This document shows, piece after piece, positions 1-7,509 of a stretch of 26,063 bases of DNA. Numbering within the stretch: the first letter of the stretch is position 1; each line of letters starts with the position of its first letter. The notes under the pieces were generated by a model. It had not been told where the DNA came from and ran no database searches. It was given only the letters and a program-made list of their open reading frames with translations. The translations under genes and the position numbers were made by a program. Source of the DNA: an archaeon (GTDB lineage: Archaea > Iainarchaeota > Iainarchaeia > Iainarchaeales > CSSED10-239); NCBI GenBank assembly GCA_035390665.1, contig DAOOUC010000009.1:1-26063 (forward strand), read 5' to 3'.

Positions 1-1872
1 AGACACGACTCTTTTAGAAAAGGACAAAAGGAAATGATTAGGGATATTTATGAGTCTATTGTTCTTGGGAAGAATATACTTGTACATGCCCCGACAGGGA
101 CTGGAAAAACTGACTCAGCTCTTTCGGCAGCCATTACTCTTGCTATGGAGAAAAATCTAAAGGTTCTTTTTTTGACCCCAAAGATCTCTCAACATAAGAT
201 TGCTCTTGAAGTGATTGAAGACTTAAATGATAAATATAATCTTAAGATAAAAGCAATTGATTTTGTTGGAAAGAAAAACATGTGTATTGAACCTGTCATC
301 TCTAGAACTGATTCTAACTTTTATGAAATTTGCTTAATGGCTTGCAAGAAAAAACAATGCCCTTTCTTTGAAAATATTAGACCCTCAAACAAAGGACAAA
401 GAGATCTTTTAGCATACACTCTAGAAAAAAAATTATCAGAAAAAGAAGTCTTGACCCATTTAGAAATTAAAAAAATTGCAGAAGACCTAAAAAGTCCATC
501 CGGAGAAAGACAACCAGTTTGTGCTTATGAACTTGCAAAAATTTATGCTAAAAGTTGTAGAGTTGTTATTGCAGATTATTATCATGTTTTTTCTAGCAAA
601 GTTATGGAATCAACACTTAATGAGATTGGAATTACTCTTGATGAATGCATAATTGTTATTGATGAAGCACATAATCTTGAAGAGCGTTTGTTAAAATTAA
701 TATCTAAATCTCTTAATACTAACATGCTCCACAAAGCAATCAAAGAAGCAAAAGATATTAAAAATAATAAACTTAAAAATGTTTTAGAAAAACAACTTGA
801 TTATATTGAAAGAATTGCAGAAAAGAAACTAGAAAAAATAAAAGAAGATAAAATTGAAAAAGACGAAATATTAATTAAAGAAATAAGAGACGACATTATT
901 TCTTTTATTGAAGAACTTGATGAGTCTGGGCTTAAATATATTGAAGAACTTAAAGAAAGTAGTTCTGCTTTAATTGCTGTGGGTTTATTCTTAGAAGAAT
1001 GGATTAAAGAGAAAGATGCACATATTCGTTTTATTAGAAAAGAAAGAAATGTAATTAGTGTTAAATATAATGCACTTGATGTTTCTCCAATTACAAAAAA
1101 AACATTTGAAAGTTGTTATTCTTCTGTTCTTATGTCTGCAACTTTAACCCCTCTTACAATGTATCAAGACATTCTGGGGTTACCAAAAAGTACAACAATA
1201 ACAAAAGAATACCCAACCCCTTTTGAAAAAGAAAAAAGACTTAATCTTTTAATAACTGATTCTTCAACTAAGTTTACACAAAGAAATGATATAGAGTATA
1301 AGAAGATTGCTGGACATGTCGAAAAATGCATTAATGCAATTCCTGGAAACTGTGTTGTGTTCTTTCCTTCTTTTGAAGTGATGAACGATATTTTGCCATT
1401 ACTTAAAACCATTAACAAACCAAAAATAATTCAAGAAGAAAAAATGGATAGCCACGACTTTGAAGAAATGATTTTGGATTTTAAAAAACATTCTAAAAGA
1501 TTTGGAGGTGTTTTATTTGCAGTCATGGGGGGAAAAGCATCAGAAGGAATTGATCTTCCTGGAGAGTTTTTGATTGGAGCGATAATTGTTGGAATTCCTC
1601 TTGCAAGAATGGAGATTGAAACAAAAGCTAAAATTGACTATTACGAAATCAAGTTTAAGAATGGATGGAACTATGCTTATATTCAACCTGCAATTCAAAA
1701 AGTAATACAAAGTGCTGGAAGAGTTATTAGAACAGACACAGACAAAGGAGTTATTGTTTTTATTGATGCTCGCTTTAGATGGGAAAACTATAGAAAATGC
1801 TTTTCAAAAGATATGCAATTTTTAATAAGCAAAGACTCTAAAGAAGAAATTGAAAACTTCTTTAAAAAATAA
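1..1872 (+). CDS. XPD/Rad3 (DinG-family) superfamily-2 DNA helicase with Fe-S domain; 5'-partial at the window edge
   Basis: Walker A 'HAPTGTGKT', DEAH box 'VIDEAHNL', motif VI 'QSAGRVIRT'. A Cys cluster (C-x15-C-x3-C-x4-C, 'MCIEP...EICLMACKKKQCPFF') sits between motifs I and II, as in XPD Fe-S domains. The frame is open from nt 1 (RHDSFRKGQKEM...), and 'FRKGQKEMI' matches the conserved R-x-x-Q element that lies N-terminal to Walker A. The true start is therefore probably upstream of the window, not the ATG at 34. Confidence 0.85.
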   Translation, partial: RHDSFRKGQKEMIRDIYESIVLGKNILVHAPTGTGKTDSALSAAITLAMEKNLKVLFLTPKISQHKIALEVIEDLNDKYNLKIKAIDFVGKKNMCIEPVISRTDSNFYEICLMACKKKQCPFFENIRPSNKGQRDLLAYTLEKKLSEKEVLTHLEIKKIAEDLKSPSGERQPVCAYELAKIYAKSCRVVIADYYHVFSSKVMESTLNEIGITLDECIIVIDEAHNLEERLLKLISKSLNTNMLHKAIKEAKDIKNNKLKNVLEKQLDYIERIAEKKLEKIKEDKIEKDEILIKEIRDDIISFIEELDESGLKYIEELKESSSALIAVGLFLEEWIKEKDAHIRFIRKERNVISVKYNALDVSPITKKTFESCYSSVLMSATLTPLTMYQDILGLPKSTTITKEYPTPFEKEKRLNLLITDSSTKFTQRNDIEYKKIAGHVEKCINAIPGNCVVFFPSFEVMNDILPLLKTINKPKIIQEEKMDSHDFEEMILDFKKHSKRFGGVLFAVMGGKASEGIDLPGEFLIGAIIVGIPLARMEIETKAKIDYYEIKFKNGWNYAYIQPAIQKVIQSAGRVIRTDTDKGVIVFIDARFRWENYRKCFSKDMQFLISKDSKEEIENFFKK

Positions 1873-2005
1873 TATCTGATTTTTTAAGATAAGAAAACAT
1901 TTTTTGAAATTCCTTTTCAGAATATAATTTAGATTTACCTTGCTTGATTTCCTCCATATCCCTTTCTATTGCTTTACCTAAAAGTTCTTGCGCTTTTTTA
2001 TTCAT
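1862..2005 (-). CDS. Unlisted 47-aa ORF translationally coupled to the toxin gene (MNKKAQELLGKAIERDMEEIKQGKSKLYSEKEFQKMFSYLKKSDIIF)
   Basis: Hand translation. Its ATG (2005..2003) overlaps the toxin TGA (2004..2002) in an ATGA arrangement. It is below the ORF-track length cutoff. The 'E..IK.GK..Y...EF' pattern resembles the C-terminal tails of small antitoxin-type proteins. Its 3' end overlaps the convergent helicase stop by 11 nt. Confidence 0.3.
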   Translation of the reverse strand: MNKKAQELLGKAIERDMEEIKQGKSKLYSEKEFQKMFSYLKKSDIIF

Positions 2006-2262
2006 TTCTTATACCATTTTTCATATTCTTTATGACTTTTTAAAAATTTTAAAATATATATTTTATTATCATTAATTTGGTAAATAATTCTACAAGAATA
2101 TCCTACTCTTTCTATGAAATACGGAAGACCATAATGAAAATGTTTCCTCGACATTCCTTCGTCTCTAATTTTTAATAAATGATTTTGTATTTCTTTTCTA
2201 ATTGTTTTATCCAAATCTTTTATATCTTTATGAAAATCTTCTTCAAAAATTATATCTAACAT
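2002..2262 (-). CDS. RelE/ParE-superfamily type II toxin (86 aa)
   Basis: Size, position 2 nt downstream of an RHH gene, and the overall pattern (N-terminal 'F..DIKDLDK..RK.I...L', 'YRIIY' strand, C-terminal 'LK.HKEY') are typical of RelE/ParE plasmid-stabilisation toxins. Confidence 0.6.
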   Translation of the reverse strand: MLDIIFEEDFHKDIKDLDKTIRKEIQNHLLKIRDEGMSRKHFHYGLPYFIERVGYSCRIIYQINDNKIYILKFLKSHKEYEKWYKK

Positions 2263-2264
2263 AT

Positions 2265-2558
2265 TTAATCAAGTAAATCTGGATTTAATTTATAAAACTC
2301 TTCTTCTGTATAGGTTTTCTTTTTTCCTGATTTAACTTTATCCATTTCTCTAGCTATTGCTTTGTTAACAAGTATTACTTCTTCTTTACTTGGTTTTTCT
2401 TCAACTTTGTGCTTGTGAGCTAATTCTAATATTCCTGCTCTAACTACTTCGCTTTTGGTTGCATAATATCCTTGATCAACAAAATCTGAAAGATATTTCG
2501 CTTGCTTTCCTTTAAGCCTTACAATAAATTCAATTTCTGTTTCTTTTTTCATAATCAT
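2265..2558 (-). CDS. Ribbon-helix-helix (CopG/ParD-like) antitoxin / DNA-binding protein (97 aa)
   Basis: 'FIVRLKGKQAKYLSDFVDQGYYATKSEVVRAGILELAHKH' fits a beta-strand / helix / helix RHH fold. It lies immediately upstream of the toxin. An alternative ATG is at 2552. Confidence 0.6.
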   Translation of the reverse strand: MIMKKETEIEFIVRLKGKQAKYLSDFVDQGYYATKSEVVRAGILELAHKHKVEEKPSKEEVILVNKAIAREMDKVKSGKKKTYTEEEFYKLNPDLLD

Positions 2559-2595
2559 TTCACTAAATATTTAAGAAAATAAAGAAATAAAAATA

Positions 2596-2623
2596 GATAT
2601 CATTTTGATATCTTTCTGATATC
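2596..2623. promoter_or_regulatory. Three GATATC palindromes with exact 11-bp spacing; candidate operator for the RHH protein
   Basis: GATATC at 2596-2601, 2607-2612 and 2618-2623 (aGATATCattttGATATCtttctGATATCttt). They lie 38-65 nt upstream of the antitoxin ATG (2558), just beyond a T/A-rich TATA-like stretch (about 2583-2592). They overlap the last codons of the Lrp-like ORF. Confidence 0.4.
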
Positions 2624-3658
2624 TTTAATTTTTGTTTTTGGTTTCTTAGAAATAAGATTTATTTTTTGAACTTCTTGCTCTAATAGATCCCCTGGAAAAT
2701 AATTAAAGATATGTTCTTTGTAAATTCTTGTGGTTTCAAACTCTTTTATTATATCGTTAAATTTTTCTCTAATGTTTCTAGTAAATAAAACCATTTCATC
2801 ATTGTTTTTTATCTCGTAATCAATTTCAAAATCCCAATAACCTATTACTTTTGTTATATCATAAACACAAAGATTGTTTTGTAAAAAATCAATCAATTCA
2901 TTTTCTTTATCTTCTGTTATTGTATTAAACTTAATTAGAGATTTGTAAGCTTGCCTTCCCATGGCTTCTAAATTAATATGCACCTTATAACCTTCAATTA
3001 TGTTTCTATCTTGAAGATGTTTTAATCTATAGATTACTTTATTTGGAGAAGCATTAATTAGTTTAGAAATCTCTACAGAACCAAGTCTTGTATCTTGAGA
3101 AATTATTGACAGAATCTTTAAATCTGTTTTATCAAGCTTTTGAACAATTAAGTCTTCAGAACAAATAAAAGACTTTGTTTTTATTTCTCTGTATTTGTTT
3201 GTAAAATAATCTCTTCCAAAATAAATGTTTTCAAGAGTTGTTAAAACATCTATGTCTTTTATGTTTTCTGGATATTTATTTTTTAATTCTTTTAAAAAAC
3301 AATAATATTGTACAATGTTCTTTCCCATAAAATCAATTATCAAATCCCATTGTCCTGTGCTTTCTGCTAAATAGGAAATATTTCTATTATTTTTTAAAAA
3401 ATCAATAATCGTGTCTTGAACCTTTGGAGAAATATTTGTTAACTTTATCATTGTTCTATAACTTGTATACCCTAGCTTTACAAAATTAATTACTGTGTAA
3501 TAACCTAAGATTACTTTATTCTTTTCAAGACTTTGCAACCTATAGCTCATAACCTGTTGAGAGGTTCTTATTTTTTTTCCTATGTTAGATAAAGGTTGCC
3601 GTGAATCCTTCTCTAATTCTGCTAGTATTTTTAGATCAAAATTGTCTATTTCTTGCAT
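2600..3658 (-). CDS. Tandem-duplicated Lrp/AsnC-family transcriptional regulator (two HTH plus two RAM-like domains in one chain, 352 aa)
   Basis: Repeat 1: 'FDLKILAELEKDSRQPLSNIGKKIRTSQQVMSYRLQSLEKNKVILGY', then 'STGQWDLIIDF'. Repeat 2: 'TDLKILSIISQDTRLGSVEISKLINASPNKVIYRLKHLQDRNIIEGY', then 'VIGYWDFEIDY'. Both match the AsnC-type HTH and the 'tG.yD..l.v' ligand-domain motif. Confidence 0.8.
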   Translation of the reverse strand: MQEIDNFDLKILAELEKDSRQPLSNIGKKIRTSQQVMSYRLQSLEKNKVILGYYTVINFVKLGYTSYRTMIKLTNISPKVQDTIIDFLKNNRNISYLAESTGQWDLIIDFMGKNIVQYYCFLKELKNKYPENIKDIDVLTTLENIYFGRDYFTNKYREIKTKSFICSEDLIVQKLDKTDLKILSIISQDTRLGSVEISKLINASPNKVIYRLKHLQDRNIIEGYKVHINLEAMGRQAYKSLIKFNTITEDKENELIDFLQNNLCVYDITKVIGYWDFEIDYEIKNNDEMVLFTRNIREKFNDIIKEFETTRIYKEHIFNYFPGDLLEQEVQKINLISKKPKTKIKDIRKISK

Positions 3659-3784
3659 ATATTTGTTTTATTGTCAAAAAACTATATAAATCTAGCGATT
3701 TCACAAAATTTTTGTGAGAATGTTATAAATAGTAGCAAATTCACAAATTATCTATAAAAAGGTAATAACTTAAAAAGACCTTGT
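3659..3784. promoter_or_regulatory. Divergent promoter region with two TATA boxes and a perfect 17-bp palindrome plus an extra half-site
   Basis: Minus-strand TTTATATA at 3690..3683, about 27 nt from the ATG at 3658. Plus-strand TATAAAAA at 3753-3760, about 28 nt from the ATG at 3785. Palindrome TCACAAAA-T-TTTTGTGA at 3701-3717. A third TCACAAA lies at 3741-3747, exactly 40 bp after the first. Confidence 0.5.
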
Positions 3785-5338
3785 ATGAATGTGCTTTTTG
3801 TAGCATTCCCAAATCATCCACTTCTCCCCCCGAATGTGGAAATAGAAAAGAACAAAAAACCTAACAGAAAAAATAAACAAAAGAAAGAATTGCTATTCTC
3901 TAGCATCCCATTTTTTCTATCTTCTTCTTTTGCTTTTGATTTCTTATATCTTGATTCTTTTGCTTTTTCTGAAATTATTTCCAAGAAACCAGAAATAATA
4001 ATAATGGATATTTCTTTCTTTAAAGAACTTGGAGAAGACTATCTTAATAATTATTATAGAATCGTACAAAAAATTAAAGAAACAATTCCAGACACAAAAA
4101 TAATAACCATATCTAATAAGGAAAATAAAGATTGTCAAAACCTCTTTGTTTATGATATTAAGGACAAAGAAAAAACCATTTGTAAAGATTTCAAAAAATA
4201 TCTTAAAAATCTAAAGATTAAATTGCCAGAAAGTTCTTTTAATTTATACAATATAGTCAAGGAAAAATTTGACTTGTGTGTTGTCCAAGATTTAGTGTGT
4301 TTTTCTAATCATATAGAAACTTATAAACATCCGGGACTTGATTTTTTTTATTTTTTTAATTATACAGCAGATTTTGATTTTGATCTATTATCTGAGATAT
4401 CATATAGAATTGAACTCTCCTTTGAGGACATGATATCTAAAAATCTAGAGATTTTACCTAAAACCGGGTGTGTGGAAATAATTTGCCTTTTTAATTTAAA
4501 TGAAAAAAATAAAATTGAATTGCAAAATAAGATAAAGATTATTTCTCAAATAAAAAATAAACTAAATTTAAAATTTAAGATAATACCTGAATGTAAAAAT
4601 AACAAAAATCTAATTGATGTATTAAATTTATTGGATTACGTTAAAATTGATTATCAAATAACTAAAAATCAATGTCCTGGTTCTAATCAAAACATTTTAT
4701 TTTCATTAGTTGAATGCTTTAAAGATTGTATACCTGAAACTAAAGATCTAAAGAAAAGACTAACATTAGATATTTATTCTATTTCACAAAATATTACTCT
4801 TGAAAATCTTGTAAATGCAATCTTTGAATTAGATAATCAATATATGGATATTTATCTAGATCTTATTCATCTGTTTGATGGATATTTTACTACAGAAGAA
4901 ATAATTGGTTATCTTATAAAATTACATCCAAGACACACAAAAGAAGAAATAGATTCTGAGACACAAAAATGTATTCTATTTTTAGAAAAGAAAAAATTAA
5001 TTACAAAGGACAAGGATTATCAGACAAAACCAAAACTAAATAATAATTTTAAACTAAAAAGTGTATTACCTCAAAGAACAGAATTGCAATTATTATACTC
5101 TGGTTCAGAAAAAGGATACTTTATGATTAATACAAAACTTAAATTAAAAGATTTGGAAAAAATATCTAAAGATTTATTTTTCTTTTTTATTTTTTCAAAA
5201 GGAATATATTATATTAGAGAAGTTTCTGAAAAATTGCATCTTATTCTAGGAGACTGTGTTGAGTTTAGTAAAGATAATTATATTAAAACAACAGGCAAGA
5301 TTTATCAAACATTAAAAAGATATAAACTTTGTAAATGA
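3785..5338 (+). CDS. Orphan 517-aa protein. Possible degenerate B12-binding/radical-SAM-like scaffold (no Fe-S Cys motif) with a PqqD-like winged-helix segment
   Basis: Long ORF with a well-placed TATA box. N-terminus 'VLFVAFPNHPLLPP...KPEIIIMDISFF...IVQKIKETIPDTKIITISNK' resembles the N-terminal Rossmann-like domain of class-B radical SAM proteins. No CxxxCxxC motif is present. Residues about 355-406, 'LFDGYFTTEEIIGYLIKLHPRHTKEEIDSETQKCILFLEKKKLI', resemble PqqD/RRE domains. Function unknown. Confidence 0.45.
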   Translation: MNVLFVAFPNHPLLPPNVEIEKNKKPNRKNKQKKELLFSSIPFFLSSSFAFDFLYLDSFAFSEIISKKPEIIIMDISFFKELGEDYLNNYYRIVQKIKETIPDTKIITISNKENKDCQNLFVYDIKDKEKTICKDFKKYLKNLKIKLPESSFNLYNIVKEKFDLCVVQDLVCFSNHIETYKHPGLDFFYFFNYTADFDFDLLSEISYRIELSFEDMISKNLEILPKTGCVEIICLFNLNEKNKIELQNKIKIISQIKNKLNLKFKIIPECKNNKNLIDVLNLLDYVKIDYQITKNQCPGSNQNILFSLVECFKDCIPETKDLKKRLTLDIYSISQNITLENLVNAIFELDNQYMDIYLDLIHLFDGYFTTEEIIGYLIKLHPRHTKEEIDSETQKCILFLEKKKLITKDKDYQTKPKLNNNFKLKSVLPQRTELQLLYSGSEKGYFMINTKLKLKDLEKISKDLFFFFIFSKGIYYIREVSEKLHLILGDCVEFSKDNYIKTTGKIYQTLKRYKLCK

Positions 5339-5403
5339 TGTACCCCCCAGCAAGGCTTTTAATATCTTTCCTTATAAATATATTATATTAAATGTGAATA
5401 ATA

Positions 5404-6540
5404 ATGAGCGAAGAAAACTTCAAAGTTACGCCTTGGGAAATTGAAGGAAAAGTTGATTACCAAAAACTAATTAAACAATTTGGAACAACTGCTATTGATA
5501 AACAATTACTTGAAAAACTTAAGAACAAAACAAAGTCGAAAAGATTATCTGCTTTCTTTAGAAGAGGATTTATTTATTCTCATAGAGATCTAGAAAAGAT
5601 CATTGATAATATTGATAAAAATAATTTTTTCATATATACTGGCAGAGGCCCTTCTGGAAAGATGCACATTGGACATCTTATCCCTTTCATGATATCTAAA
5701 TGGTTTCAAGACGAATTTGATTGTAATGTTTACATCGCAATGGCAGATGACGAAAAATTTGTATTTAAAGACAAATTAACATTTGAAGAAATGGAAAAGA
5801 CAGCAAAAGATAATTTTTTAGATATTTCAGCTATTGGATTAAATCCAGATAAGACTTTTTTCTTTTCTGATATTGAATATATTTCTAAACTTTATCCTGT
5901 TGCTTTAAAATTTTCAAAAAAAATTAACTTTTCAACAGCAAAAGCGGTCTTTGGATTTAATAATGAAAGTAACTTAGGCCAATTCTTCTATCCTGCTGTT
6001 CAAATTGTTCCAACAACTTTTGAAAATAAAAACTGTTTGATACCTGCTGGAATTGATCAAGACCCTTACTGGAGAATACAAAGAGATGTTGCTGAAAAGC
6101 TTGGATATAAGAAAGTTGTAGCAGTACACAATAAGCTACTACCACCACTTCAAGGACTTGAAGGAAAGATGTCAAGTTCAGTTGGAGATACAGCAATATT
6201 TTTAGATGATGACTCTAAAACTATAGAAAAGAAAATAAACAAATATGCTTTCTCTGGTGGACAACCAACTTTAGAAGAACAAAGAAAAAAAGGTGGAAAT
6301 ACTGAAATTTGTGTTGTTTATTCCTGGTTAGAAATCTTGTTTGAAGATAGTGATGAAAAACTAGAACAAAGAAAAAAAGATTGTAAATCAGGAAAGATAC
6401 TTTGCGGAGAATGTAAAAAATATTTATCTGATAAGATTTCAAAAACCTTAAAACAACATCAAGAAAACAAAATTAAAAACTCTCCACTTATTGAAAAATA
6501 TAAATATTCTGGAATACTTGCACAAAAGATGTGGAAATGA
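5404..6540 (+). CDS. trpS: Tryptophanyl-tRNA synthetase, archaeal/eukaryotic type
   Basis: 'VTPWEIEGKVDYQKLI', HIGH motif 'GRGPSGKMHIGHLIPF', 'AGIDQDPYWR', KMSKS-equivalent 'GKMSSS', and C-terminal 'GGQPTLEEQRKKGGNTEICVVYSWLE...CGECKKYL' track archaeal TrpRS closely. TATA-like TTATAAAT at 5372-5379. Confidence 0.95.
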   Translation: MSEENFKVTPWEIEGKVDYQKLIKQFGTTAIDKQLLEKLKNKTKSKRLSAFFRRGFIYSHRDLEKIIDNIDKNNFFIYTGRGPSGKMHIGHLIPFMISKWFQDEFDCNVYIAMADDEKFVFKDKLTFEEMEKTAKDNFLDISAIGLNPDKTFFFSDIEYISKLYPVALKFSKKINFSTAKAVFGFNNESNLGQFFYPAVQIVPTTFENKNCLIPAGIDQDPYWRIQRDVAEKLGYKKVVAVHNKLLPPLQGLEGKMSSSVGDTAIFLDDDSKTIEKKINKYAFSGGQPTLEEQRKKGGNTEICVVYSWLEILFEDSDEKLEQRKKDCKSGKILCGECKKYLSDKISKTLKQHQENKIKNSPLIEKYKYSGILAQKMWK

Positions 6541-6547
6541 TCTTACA

Positions 6548-7144
6548 ATGAAAAAAATAAAAATCGCAATTGATCTTGATGACACATTAGTTCCAACAGT
6601 TGAACTACTTATTAAGGAAATGCTAAAAGACAAGAAATATCCTGCATTTAGAGGATATCATTCTATTAAGGACTTTTCTTTTGAAGAAGAACTTACATTA
6701 TACAGATATATTAGAAAAACAATAAACAAACAAGACGTTAGTAAATTTAAGCCAATGCCTGGTGCAATTCCAGCTATTAAAAAACTTGCAAAAGATTTTG
6801 ATCTTTACTTGGTTACAGCAAGAACTAAAAGTGCTAAAAAAACAACAAGAATTTGGATTGCTCATCACTTTCCCGGACTTTTTAAAAAAATAATATTTGG
6901 ACAATATAGAAAAGAAGGAGACTTCAAGAAAACAAAAGGACAAATCTGTAAAGAACAAGGTATTTCTTTAATTATTGATGATAGAGCAGATTATTGTTTA
7001 GATTGTTATAATCACGGAATAAAAGCAATTGTTTTGGATTATAATAACAGTTATCCTTGGTCAAAAGATAAAATTCCAAAAGACTTAAAAAAAGCTAAAA
7101 ACTGGAAAGAAGTTCTTGAAATTATAAAAAAGACAAAGTTTTAA
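6548..7144 (+). CDS. HAD-superfamily hydrolase, 5'(3')-nucleotidase-like
   Basis: 'KIAIDLDDTLV' is HAD motif I (DxDxT). 'LVTART' fits motif II and 'LIIDDR' motif IV. The start is set at the ATG at 6548 (MKKIKIAIDLDD), 8 nt after the TrpRS stop, rather than the track start at 6491, which lies inside trpS. Confidence 0.7.
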   Translation: MKKIKIAIDLDDTLVPTVELLIKEMLKDKKYPAFRGYHSIKDFSFEEELTLYRYIRKTINKQDVSKFKPMPGAIPAIKKLAKDFDLYLVTARTKSAKKTTRIWIAHHFPGLFKKIIFGQYRKEGDFKKTKGQICKEQGISLIIDDRADYCLDCYNHGIKAIVLDYNNSYPWSKDKIPKDLKKAKNWKEVLEIIKKTKF

Positions 7145-7171
7145 ACTTGTTTTATTTATCTATTTATATAT

Positions 7172-7244
7172 AGCCTGGTAGTGTAGTGGCCAAGCATACA
7201 AGACTCTGGATCTTGTGACAGGAGTTCGAATCTCCTCCGGGCTA
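7172..7244 (+). tRNA. tRNA-Gln (anticodon CUG)
   Basis: Hand-folded cloverleaf. Acceptor AGCCTGG/CCGGGCT (A1-U72). D-arm GTGT-AGTGGCCAA-GCAT. Anticodon arm CAAGA-CTCTGGA-TCTTG with CTG at 7206-7208, U33 and G37. Four-nt variable region. T-arm AGGAG-TTCGAAT-CTCCT. Discriminator A. No encoded CCA. Confidence 0.9.
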
Positions 7245-7267
7245 TTAACCATTTGGGGGAATAATAG

Positions 7268-7507
7268 ATGGCAATATTTGATGTGTTTAAGAAAAAAGAA
7301 AAAACTGAAGAAGAAAAAGCAAAAGAATTAGAATTACAGAAATTAAAACAAAAACAAACTCCACAAATTGATATGGCAAATTCTAAATATCCAACTGAAA
7401 CTTGTGCTGTTTGTAGTCAAAAGGGCTGCGATAAAAAATGGGGCGGACAATATTGGCATAAAAAATGTCTTCGCTCTGTTAAAGGTATGGCAAAAGACAT
7501 GATTTAA
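7268..7507 (+). CDS. Small charged protein with a C-terminal CxxC...HxxC zinc knuckle (79 aa)
   Basis: 'ETCAVCSQKGCDKKWGGQYWHKKC' gives CxxC plus HxxC ligands after a Lys/Glu-rich coil. It starts 24 nt after the tRNA and ends 2 nt before the next gene. Confidence 0.5.
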   Translation: MAIFDVFKKKEKTEEEKAKELELQKLKQKQTPQIDMANSKYPTETCAVCSQKGCDKKWGGQYWHKKCLRSVKGMAKDMI

Positions 7508-7509
7508 TT

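Noticed and set aside
1164-1418. 84-aa antisense ORF inside the helicase gene. Similar track ORFs are 3944-4138, 5957-6196, 6221-6442, 6448-6633, 6698-6958, 8771-8971, 9371-9604, 10984-11202, 11319-11513 and 12567-12770.
   Set aside because: Each lies fully inside, and antisense to, a strongly supported gene. They have low-complexity Phe/Leu/Ile/Lys-rich translations, as expected from the reverse strand of AT-rich coding DNA. None has a promoter-like context.
3785-5338. Calling the 517-aa protein an active radical SAM / B12-dependent enzyme.
   Set aside because: No CxxxCxxC or other three-Cys cluster motif is present. The resemblance is only to the scaffold, so only a degenerate relationship is proposed, at low confidence.
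6491-6547. Longer N-terminal extension of the HAD hydrolase (track start 6491).
   Set aside because: It would overlap trpS by 50 nt. The ATG at 6548 puts the DxDxT nucleophile motif at residues 9-13, as is typical for HAD enzymes.
7255-7259. GGGGG run as a Shine-Dalgarno sequence for the 79-aa gene.
   Set aside because: The match to the expected anti-SD complement (GGAGG/GGTGA) is only partial, and other genes here look leaderless. It is noted but not called as a feature.
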